In this document: positions 53,669 to 64,000 of the stretch, in pieces
Position numbering within the stretch: the stretch's first letter is position 1
How the letters are laid out: each line of letters begins with the position of its first letter
Assembly: GCA_002633005.1 (NCBI GenBank)
Contig: NMRA01000364.1
Location: 393,853 to 457,852, forward strand
DNA from: Phoronis australis
Lineage: Eukaryota > Animalia > Phoronida
Direction: 5' to 3'
DNA: 64,000 nt
Notes under the pieces: generated by a model
What the model was told of the DNA's origin: nothing
The model's database searches: none
The model's input: only the letters and a program-made list of their open reading frames with translations
Translations under genes and position numbers: made by a program

Positions 53669-56600
53669 CTATGCAACAGTAGAATCGTTTTCCAAACTTT
53701 CCCGCCTGTATTGCTGTTGCCAACGATTTATTTCTCGAGTTTCAATAGTAGCTGCGTAGCAACACTTGTGAAATTCATGCGCATAGCGATTATGCACACA
53801 GTGACGGAAGGTGTTCATTAATCCGCGACCGTAATTCGCGATGCGGCGGCGACCGTACATAGGCAGGCGTCGGTTATGGGAGCGATTGTAGTTCCTTCTG
53901 GTTACACGGGCGGCATAGAGTCGCGCGTGACAGTGGAATCCTTTGTTTCCGGCCAGTTTACCCAGCATGCAACAAGACCAATGTTCTCGAGGTACATCTG
54001 TAAATGAAGATAAAATGTTATATTTCATACCACTTTAGCATTATGTTTGAAAAATGAGACCCAGCTTCATCATGTTAACACACGTGCGTTATAAATTAAG
54101 TCTGTCCGAACTTTTAAAGGTACTTACAAACCCGCATTCTGTCAGAAACTATTTTTTTATTTTTTAACACTTGTCGTTAGAAATTAACTTCAAATAGACT
54201 ATTTCCGAGATCAAAGGCGCCGGATTAAGATTTCCCGGGGCCCTGAGCTACAAGAAACCTAGGCCCTGAATATCTGAGGTGATCTGCAGGCACCTCTTGC
54301 CGTCAACTGCTTCATCCGCCCCTCCCCCTAAACAATCACTTCTAACCCGGCAACTGACATTGAGCAGGCAAATTATAGACACACCTCTGAAATATTGCAG
54401 CAGATCAGGGGTGGATGACTCTGGTCTGTTGGTGTTATTCCCGTGGTGTCCACTTCCTGTTTCTGACGAGTCTGCTGGGTCGCGCGTGGGGGGAGGAACG
54501 CCGGGGTTCAGACGAGCTGGAGGCAGTCTAAGCCGATTTAAATTCACTGTCGACAGAGCACCCACGAGATAGTCTGTAAGAACGAAACGTACAAAGAATG
54601 AGTGATAATAATTGCTAGGGCCTACCTCATGAAACGGCAGGTATGTTATTTCCATTGTGATGTTTACCGTTGCCTAACCTGGTGAGTCGAGTTGTGTTCA
54701 TCGGTTGTTTCTCTCTTGCGTTCTTTAGTGTAATACTACAAACATGGCCATGTTTACCTTTCATCACGTAAATGTTACTCGGCTAAACAACGTACGACTG
54801 TTGATTCCACCAACACTCATTCAGCTATAACTAACTTACGGGTCTCCTGAGGACAAGGTCCATGCATTCATAGGGAGACCAAGTGAAACAAAACAGTGTT
54901 AATTGGCGAATTAGGAGCTATATTAACAGCAACAAAAATACAGAAAAATAGGTTATCATTTAAAAATCTCTAACTGCTTTCATATTTTATCAACTTGTTT
55001 ATTCACTGAATGAAAATCGTGTTATGAATTAAATCTTATCGAGCTATTTAAGTTTGTCCCACAGTAAAGATCGGGTAGAATTTCTTATGCATTGCTTTTA
55101 TACTGAAATTGCAAGTTTATGATATATTTTACAACTGTGTGTATTTTAATTTTGAAATTCAAACACCCGCACGACGGACCACGTCATTCTGCATGATGCC
55201 GGACTCCCGAAATGTAGCAGATTATGTTATTTGGCTCAGTCTCTTCGGCATTATCACACCGAGCAAAATCAGACAATCAGAAGGAATTACGTCACCCCAG
55301 AGTGTTTACGATTTTATACCATTCGCGTTGAATCTGTCGAGGGAAATATGGCCATGTAATAAAGTTTTCCACTAATCACCTCCCGCACTACTTCAACAGT
55401 GACCTCTGACAGGGAAAGTTCAAAACGTAGGTCAATGTCGACTCGACGTCGTTAGCCGGTTGGATCACCAAACTTTCGGAAAATAGTTTAAAGTAATACA
55501 GTTAAAGCGGAGTAAATAACGCTCAACATAGACTCAGGTCTCAATCGTAACATCTGGAACAGGACTGTTAATTATATGACAGTTCTGTCTCAGTTTTCAT
55601 TCGCTAAATATTTTATCGTCTCAGTGCAACTAAGGCGCCACTGAATTCCTGGTGACTACAATATCAAATATTGTTGTTATTTAACTATTTTCAGGAGATG
55701 AAATAAGTTCAATGAAAAGTTACCCTTGTTTTCACCTTTGTTATCTCTTTTCAAGTAATAAATCGTCGCATTTAAATCTGTTACTTTGACTACAGAACAC
55801 TTGCAGCCTAACGCGCAAGTATAGGATGTGATACGCCACGTGAACAGCCTGGGTGAAAAATTTAAGAAACTTAGGAATTCGAAGCGTATGGGATAAGTAC
55901 AAAACGATTGGCGTACATGAAGTAATATCTTACGAGACTTTATTACGCGTATCGACCGAGACCGCCGGGTTCAGGCGTCATTTTTACGGTCACGGTTAGG
56001 CATGAATTCATGTGATATCGCTTCCTTCTTGCTTGCTGCATGAACTTACATTACCTGTATGTAAGTCCATGCTTAGAGTGATAATGCCGAACCCAACAGG
56101 CAACAGGGGGTCTGGCGTCAAGCGGCGACCGGAGCCCACCTTGTGGTTCATAACGATCGCAGTATCTCATGTAGCGCCACCTATGGTCATCTAATGAACA
56201 AATGCGTGGAGACATTTATTTTTAATATGCAAATACAGAGGATTACGGCGAATGCAAACAATTTGAGACATCTAATTTCACACGCGTTTTCGTAGCGTTC
56301 GTCTTAGGTAACATTTCACTTTTCAGGTACATTTTGATTTGCACTCTTAGATCGTAAAACGGAACAAAAAGCGATTACAGCCAGTGAGTTCGTACTTTAC
56401 GATATGACCCGTCATCTCCACAGATAAGAGTTTTGAGTTTACGATAAACCGTTACTCTGGGCGAAGTGACTGACACTGAAACGAAAGATTTACGAGGCTT
56501 CGGGAATGTAACGTCAAAATCTGAAGAACACGGTTTCACATGAACATCATCGCCATCACTATAACTATAGCGGTAAAGAATGAACTCTAAAATTGCCGTT

Positions 56601-58736
56601 TTCCGTGCTATGCAGCACAAGCGTTTGTACGAGACGTCCGGACTTGGCGGCGCACATACACCGTCACCCTCGACAAGGTCGCATTTATTCGGTGGAGTGC
56701 ATTTAAATGCCACTTCGTGCTGAAACACTTTTTTTTTTCAACTTGGTACCGCATGCTTTCGCGTTTTCAATTACCGCGTAAATGTCCCTAACGAAATTCC
56801 ACTTGACCCCTCTCATAAGAACTAAAGGTGGAAACAAAAGAAACCTAACCATCAAAAATCTGGGACCCCGTCGCTGGTTTGTAACGCTTGAATTCCATAC
56901 AAGATAAGGTCTATATGTCGGCATCGTTAAGTGACAGTTTGACACGCAGCTAAACCCGGACCCAGAAGTGAACTATTAACTGATTGCTTTTTTAAATTGA
57001 GATTGTTTATGGCTTTGCTTTTGCCAACTTCGCGGTGGCTGAATTTATTACGAACGAGCGAAAATGGATTCAGTGACGTTTTGGGACTGCAAGTCATAGC
57101 AATGAAAATCTTTGCAGACGCTATCAGTCAGCATTACCTGCATTTTGTTCGTCGCAGTTTGAGTGGTCTCGAGATGGTTTCAAGAATTTGATCTCAAAAA
57201 AATTACATAATGCACTTGAGTGTCGAATGATAAACTTGTTTTGCGTGAACAGCGACGTGTTTACTTGGAAAAGTGAGACTAGAGTGACACTAACACTGAT
57301 TCGTAGTCACTTGCAGCGAGGAACAATAGCATGTTGGTTCTTATACCTGGTGAACACACCATTTTGTACTACTTGAGTTTCGTTTCCATTACAGACAATT
57401 CCACAAGGACATTTTACGTACGATTCTTCAATCGAGATACGCACATGTTAGTCTTGTTGGTAAAGAAATCTTGGTCAAGAACCAATGTTATTGACGACTG
57501 AATAATGATTGCATAGGCGGATCGGGGGGGGGGGGGGTCAAGGAGGTCCAGNTCGGTTTTAGTGATATCAAATCTAGAATTTTCAAATTGTTGACTTGGA
57601 CTCCTCTTTAAAAATCCTTGATCCGACCCCCCTTTTAAAAAATCCTAGATCCGCCCTTCAATTGACGAGGAAAAACCAATGGTCTATGCGATAAGAGACA
57701 CATAGCCTGTGAAATTCCGCGCACAACACAGACTGACATCGTAGTGTATCGGTCATTGTCGTTCTTACAAAACGTCACCAGCCCCTAAATCGATGGCTAG
57801 AACAAAGGCGGTTTCGTTCCAGGTTTTCAGTCTCCGTGGTTTCGCAATGACGGTTTAAAAACACATCGTACGTCATTCACTCTTACTCAACGTGTTGTTG
57901 CGACTCCGCGTTATATTTACACAAGATTAGGTGCAAATGAAGCATTGGATTTCCCTTTCACTGTCAAGCTCTTTGACTTCCTTTGAAACTATTGTTCTCT
58001 GTCCTTTACTAATGCAAGCTTAATCCTCTCTAGATTACGATGGGACCTTTGTGACCGCGATTACCCGTGATAAAGCAAACTCTAGTTGCTCCATTTCAGC
58101 TGCAGGAATAAATATCAAAATTTACTCAACCACCTGCTAGTGCTGGGTGATATCGCGCATCAAACTTCAAACTGTGCGTTGTATTCTGGTTGATTGGTCA
58201 TTTCTAGCACCAATAGTGTGAACGTAAACAAAACTGCTTACGAGATGTCTATTCTTTTAATCACGTTGACGACCACATTCGTCTGAAAAGTTTACATGAA
58301 CAGTAATTCATATTGATAGGATCCAAATACTGATTACAGGCAGTGTTCACGAAAATTCAAAATTGCCCGTTTTCCTTGTCACATGGAAATTTCTACTATT
58401 TTCTAGTCTCGTCATTAGCGTATGTGCAACTTTATAATGGACAAAATCCGTGGTCATGCGTCTTCGTGGTTACGAACTTTTCGGTAAGATTCTCCAGGAC
58501 GTTTTCCATATTTATCGAAAGACAAAACGACGTCACTGTATTCTGCCTGTAGAGGGTAAATTTTGACTTTTACATTTATTTCCCGACGAAAAGCTAAGTC
58601 ACTTACCATCAAAGTGTTGATAGCGCACTTCTCTTACACGTCTCCGATTCACCACAGCATATCCACAGTGGACAATAAGCAAAACAGCAGCAGTGTATTT
58701 GATAAATTTCCTACAGTACACAAAAATTTTCTCCAT
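53669..58736 (-). CDS. Secreted anaphylatoxin(ANATO)-like cationic protein 1, about 215 aa, 3 exons
   Basis: Exons 58736-58607 (MEKIFVYCRKFIKYTAAVLLIVHCGYA signal-like, then RRRVR), 54573-54385 (Pro/Ser-rich), 53997-53669; all phase 1 GT-AG, total 648 nt. Domain CCMLGKLAGNKGFHC-x43-CVHNRYAHEFHKCC; AATAAA at 53412-53417. Linkage of exon 1 is the least certain part. Confidence 0.7.
57512..57659. mobile_element. GGCGGATC-type MITE with poly-G tract (contains one ambiguous base, N at 57552)
   Basis: CATAGGCGGATC ... GATCCGCCCTT inverted ends; same family as 12684-12845. Confidence 0.6.
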
Positions 58737-61112
58737 GGTCAAAGACTAATTTCTTGAAGCTTGTCGGGTCAAGTCGGTCTCCAGTTGGTGTGTATTTACG
58801 CTAGCACGTGCGTGGGTCATTTAATAACATTCAGCGATAATCTCAGAAAGGGGATTGGACAATCCAGTCGAAAGAGTGACGTAGACCGACCAATCGTGTC
58901 GCTTATTCTGTGGTGGTACGATACTCCTCATAGTTCGTAGTATTCGAGGAATGCTCTGTGCGAGGTTATGTTTACAAAACATTACCACGTGTGATAGTTC
59001 AATGGGAAGTTATTTAGGGAGTAAAAAGAAAGTAATTAAAGGGGGGGGGTATCTGACTGGAAATTTAAAAAAAATGATGAGTTTACAAAATTACAACAAC
59101 TAGTAACCCCTTGAATGCTTCCCAGACAAAGGAGAGGTCTATAATTGTCCCAGAGCTACCGATATTCGAACTTTGTTTTGTTGAAAAATATTTTCTGTCT
59201 ATAAAGTGAGAGGAAATGAAAACGATCGTTTTGTTTAGAATAAATTGACGTAAAACTCTAGGGTTTGTTCATTTCACACGTGATTTTCAAAATGAGACTA
59301 AAATATTGTGCTGTGGTTGACTGGCGCTCGGTGTCATCTTCTCTGTCTGTCACCAGGACTGACCTGTGTTAGGAGTTACTGACCTGAACATCGTGTGATA
59401 TTCTGGTACAGATCAGATGATGATCATATAAGTAGTGCAATTATCGCAACGCCAGTCTGGGGAATGTAAACAAAATAACTATCTCCGTACTCCAACCGGA
59501 CAACCCTGGTTTATATAATTAAATTTGCAGAAGACGAATATTTTTTTAACGAAGTGTTGTGTTTTGGTTGAGTGAACCCCGGAAACACTAACACAAAAAA
59601 ACGAATGATTAAGTACTCATAGAAAGTTATGCTGTATGGCCACCCTGCTCATCAATCGTACGACAACCCTATCTAACCAATGAGAGCTTCCGAACGATCT
59701 TATGATTCATTAATTGATGAAACAAGAAGTCGTTAAGTATTAGCGTCATTGAATACAGACAGGAAGAATAATTCACTCGAAAGTATCTAAGGGCATCGTA
59801 ACCGTTACGCTTGCGAGATTTGTTTACGTCAGTCACCGGTACATTGTGTGAACAATAATCATAAAAGTATATTATCATTCTGTATCCACAACAATGCAAT
59901 AATTCACAGAGTTACAACTGTTACAAAACAATATAACACAAGGCATTAGAAATAACCGGCCGCGTAACACCAACAAACCGAACTGCGAATTTAATTGTCT
60001 TGGTATATATGAATATGTAGATCTTTTTAAACCGGCGTGCAGAAAAGACTCAAAGAATGTTTGCGATAACTCGACTTTCCGCACCGCACTTGTCCGACAC
60101 GATGGGATATGCCGTACACCGCAAACTTGGTTCTTATCAAGATTTCACAAGCTTTAGAAATTCCCGAAGTTAAGGACATTATCGGGTTTACGGCCGAAAT
60201 ACACATTTTTGTGGACAATTTTCGGATAGGATAGACTGCATGGAGTTCTTAACTTTGACTAGAGCTGTGAAACGACGGCTGTCTTTTGCGATTTCAATTC
60301 TAAATCCTAATTCTTGGCGTTGTCTGTCAAACATCCGGTGAAATCAAAGCCGGTCACTTTCCCAGTTAAAATACGCTTGTAGTGCATTTCTCGTGTGGGT
60401 CTTAGCTCCGTGAGCAGCAGTGCTGTAGTGGGGCGTAGGCGCACGTAAGCGCAGCCAACCACCTTTTGGCATTTGAACGTAGCGCCTACGCACCGTAAGT
60501 TACGTTCAGTGCTCAAGGTGATACGATGGGCTTTGGGCGCCTATTTACCTCTAATTTTACCACTACACCACTGTCCAGCAGAGCGTTTGGATGCAGCGAC
60601 TGCGGAGATGGCAGGTTTGATGCCGTTGCAGTCGAACTCATAAAATCACTATTCTCCCCGATAATGTCACTTCGACAAACTCTTACGACTGAAAAATAAT
60701 GGAACTAAAGTTGTAATTAAACTGACAAAAATCAAATATTTTTGATAGGTGTTACATGACCTGACTTTGACGGAGTCCAGGATACTTTCTCAAAAATCAA
60801 GTCGAGATCACCTGAGCAAATTTACGCCGTTAACAAAATAATACACGAACGTCGTCAAATGAACCGAAACGTAATTTTGCTTTGCTGTGAAGCGTATTTT
60901 TTGTTTGATCTATGATTCAAAATTAGTTTTAAAAGGTTATATTGGATCTTTGGTTTAACTCAAATATTTCAGTTAACAACTGGATGTAGAGAACTACCTG
61001 TACGATTAGTTTGGTCTATGCAGACCTGTGTATACATAAAGTCCATTTTAGGGCACCCAGATATTTGATTTCTGAGGAGTATTTCAGAGACAACAAGTGT
61101 GGCAACTAGTGT

Positions 61113-63321
61113 TTAGTTATATTTTTGTCGTGTCACTTTCTTGCACCTTTTCCTCTGGAATCGTCTTTCGCCTTTATTTCCATGAACACGCAACCGTCTG
61201 CAGTCATTCATTTCTTTTTCGAACGCCGCTCTAAAATGGCAACATTTTTCAAAATATTTTGAGTAACGTAGGCCACATTTCGCCAATTTCGTCACCATTT
61301 TTAAAACAAAAATGTCTTTGTCTGGATCCACCATCTTCAAATGCGCTTTGTGGATTACGTTTCTGTTCTTCGCTACCATGTGAACATCGACAGTACACGC
61401 CATTTTCTTGCGGGCGGCTTTTTCACCCAATTTGCAACATTTTCGCGAAGTTGGTCTAAACTCCCGCTTGATTTTTGATTTTTCCACCCTTTGCCTGGCC
61501 AATCTTGCTTTCTCGCGTTGCTTTTCCATGAGGCGTTTCCAACTCGAATCCCTTACCCACGAGCTTTGTGGAACCGGCTTAACGCATTCTGAAAAAGACC
61601 CAAAGAAACGAACTACAGTAAACATGCGAAATTCAGTTGAATATCTTTTTAACAGTGAGCAAAAATATTCAGCGAACGGTTACTTGTGAGAAAAAGACAA
61701 AAAGTGTTATTTAATCAGTCAACGGAGATGACGATTATCAATATTTCAAATGATTTTGAGATGAACTTTCTAATTCGTAACGATTTTGTAGGAAAAGTGT
61801 CGAGCTGTCTTTCAGAAATATAAACAAAAACAACACAGCCAGCCATAAGTGTTTCCCTCTGTATAAATAAAAGTGCATTTCCTGGCCGTATGTGTTTGTT
61901 TTCACAGGAAGAATTGAACTCATTCTGGGGACATTAATGTACTGGAGAAAAGCGCATTTCCAGGTGCCAACTTCATCTTAGCTTCATCTAACAGGTGTTT
62001 AACGGCGAAGTTCTTGAAATCATAATAGACTCCCTGTAGCGCAGTTTGTCAACAAAATGTACCACAGTACGAAACTGAAATCGAAATCTGAATAAATTCC
62101 GTGCATCTCTGTAGGTTAGTGACAATAGAGTGCACAAGTCGTTCGTAGTCATATCCCTCTGTTTCGACCGTGATAAAACAATAGACCCAAACACTTTTCC
62201 TAAGTTTCATAAGAAAAGAAATGGTCTACTTTGGCATTGAACCAAATGTTCAAGTACCATACTCCGAGGTACTATTTCTTTGTTTCCATAAAGCAGCGAA
62301 CATACAAAGGAATGGAGGAGTTTATAATCCTGGTTCTTGGCCGAAATCGTTTATTGCATAATTTTGATTTATTTTTAGACCTAATGGATGCTGCAGGCTT
62401 TTGACCACCATATTTAATATGTTCCAGGAAGACGTTGCCAAGGCCTACTAATAACAAATTCCATTGGATTTTATGTAAACATAAGAACTGTTTTTCCTAA
62501 AATTATATTGCCACTGGCTCGCCTTCGCGGTGAGTTCAACACAAGCAATTTGTTTATTGCAAAACGCGGGTATTGTCTATTGCATATTTGCACTCGTCGG
62601 TGCGCAAGACGAGTTACCATCTGTTTTATCTCCTAAATTATAGAAAAAGTATAAGCATCTAGGGTTGGCCGATTACACTTGAAAATATGAGTTGGGGCTT
62701 ATATGTTGTAACCCTTTTCAAACAATGAAAGACAACACTTCAGACGGCGCCCCGCTGGCTCGGAATCTTCATTGTTGAATCTACGGCGTACCTGGGAATT
62801 TGAGGTGCAAAGCGCCGGGAAGGATTAGAGCTGACGTTACCTTTATTGCACATGAAGAACACCCACGAAGATTAAAGGCTTGTAAAAGCATTCCGCGTAA
62901 AGTATACTAATTGATCATTTAATAAATTAGCAACCTTTGCACTTCCAAAAGCTTCATAGGCTGTTGTAATTTGTGGCACATTAAGTTCTCTGAGACTGAA
63001 TCCCACCTTGGTGTGCCTAGCAGTATATATTAGATAGATTCTGTTCATTTATTGTCAAGTATGATGCAGTAAGGTTTGCAACGTCTGTTCGACATGTACA
63101 ACACTACGCAAACTAGTTCACAACATTTTTGTGAAAGAAGCTTCATCCCAGCTTGTGCTGAGCCATTCAAGTCGATTATAACCCCACCTGAGCACAGATC
63201 TCTGTACACGTGGCCTCTAAATGATCAAGGGAGTTTTTAATTGCAGAACCTCAAAAGTTCACTCACCTATTATGTAAATAACGCACAACAGCACAAAAAC
63301 TATCAGCAAAATCTTGTTCAT
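61113..63321 (-). CDS. Secreted anaphylatoxin(ANATO)-like cationic protein 2, 176 aa, 2 exons
   Basis: Exon 63321-63267 gives a textbook signal peptide MNKILLIVFVLLCVIYII, spliced in phase 1 (G|GTGAGT ... TTTTTCAG|AA) to 61588-61113; total 531 nt. Basic pro-segment ending KIKR, then CCKLGEKAARKKMAC-x39-CGLRYSKYFEKCC and a basic tail with two extra Cys. Confidence 0.85.
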
Positions 63322-63952
63322 GATGACTATCGGAAGGCAATGAAAGAGAGCCTGGTCACATGATCTCCAGTTTCAGTTGCATACTTCACGCAATCAGCTG
63401 TTGCCTTTTTCTCCCGGGTCCTTGAAGTACTCAGATACATTTTCAATGCCCTGGTTAGCTAAACAAGCCATTCATCAGTTGTTTGCAGGTCCAATAAAAG
63501 CGTCATCGAATACACGCCAATCACTGACACCGCGAATTCTGCAAGTCAAACCAGCCAATAGCTGACATCGCAGCGGCATTGCTTTGCAGCACATTTCCAC
63601 ACTTCTTGGGATGTTTTCGATCCCTGGTACACGAAAAATAACAAAGACCTTAGGCTACATGCCAGGGTCCGTATGACGTGCCTTGCCTAACAGGACTGCC
63701 TGCGGGTACTATTCCTGGAGGACTTTCGACTGTATTTTTGGCCGCAGAGTGCGGCTGGAAAATTAGGATACCCACCCAACGTTAGACAGTGGTCCTTCAC
63801 TGAAAAATGGAGTTCCCACGAAAATGTCACCCTTTCGTAGAGTTTTAGTAGAGCATTTTGCTTGGGGTTCACTCCATAACTTAACCTCAAACTACTCAGT
63901 AGTTTAAGCAGTGCTTAAACTTCCATAGCCCCCGGCTAGAGATTCATGGACA

Positions 63953-64000
63953 CAGTGGCGGATCTAGGCGGATATCACAAGGGGGGGGGCCCAATATTTT
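63953..64000 (+). mobile_element. Start of another CAGTGGCGGATCT-type MITE, cut by the window end
   Basis: CAGTGGCGGATCTAGG followed by a G-run, like the elements at 12684 and 57512. Confidence 0.5.

Noticed and set aside
56375-56728. 117-aa Cys-containing ORF with a CC pair, as a possible third ANATO paralog
   Set aside because: No CC-x2-G-x9-C or F-x2-CC pattern, non-ATG start and no supporting splice structure.
57522-57552. Long G-run and an N base
   Set aside because: Part of a MITE and probably an assembly or sequencing uncertainty, not a biological signal.
60307-60690. Possible extra exon downstream of ANATO-like gene 2
   Set aside because: An acceptor-like site exists, but the frames are short and featureless and the upstream CDS has already stopped at 61113; at most UTR.

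Overview
AT-rich, intron-rich animal genomic DNA, probably a marine invertebrate; the species cannot be determined from the sequence. By hand-splicing I reconstructed five protein-coding genes, all on the minus strand. (1,2) A tandem pair of 4-exon, single cysteine-rich-domain transmembrane receptors (5545-8682 and 13238-15752). Their cysteine spacing matches the TNF receptors BCMA/TACI/Grindelwald, their tails carry TRAF-type motifs, and each has an NF-kB site in its promoter. (3) A 22-exon gene of about 1,310 aa (19679-49364) with an ERICH3/FSIP2-like N-terminal motif, long disordered tracts, one PLAT/LH2 domain and about 4 ankyrin repeats. It includes a GC-AG intron and a 27-nt candidate micro-exon encoding a PP1 RVxF motif. 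(4,5) A tandem pair of small, secreted, very basic proteins (53669-58736 and 61113-63321), each built around a stand-alone anaphylatoxin (C3a/C5a/fibulin ANATO)-like cysteine framework; this is the most novel-looking system here. The rest is intronic or intergenic DNA with a degraded RTE-X-like LINE, a Tx1-like relic, an RTE fragment nested in a MITE, a tRNA-derived SINE with a target-site duplication (TSD), MITEs and micro/minisatellites. All gene models come from splice signals and frame continuity read by eye, not from transcript data.
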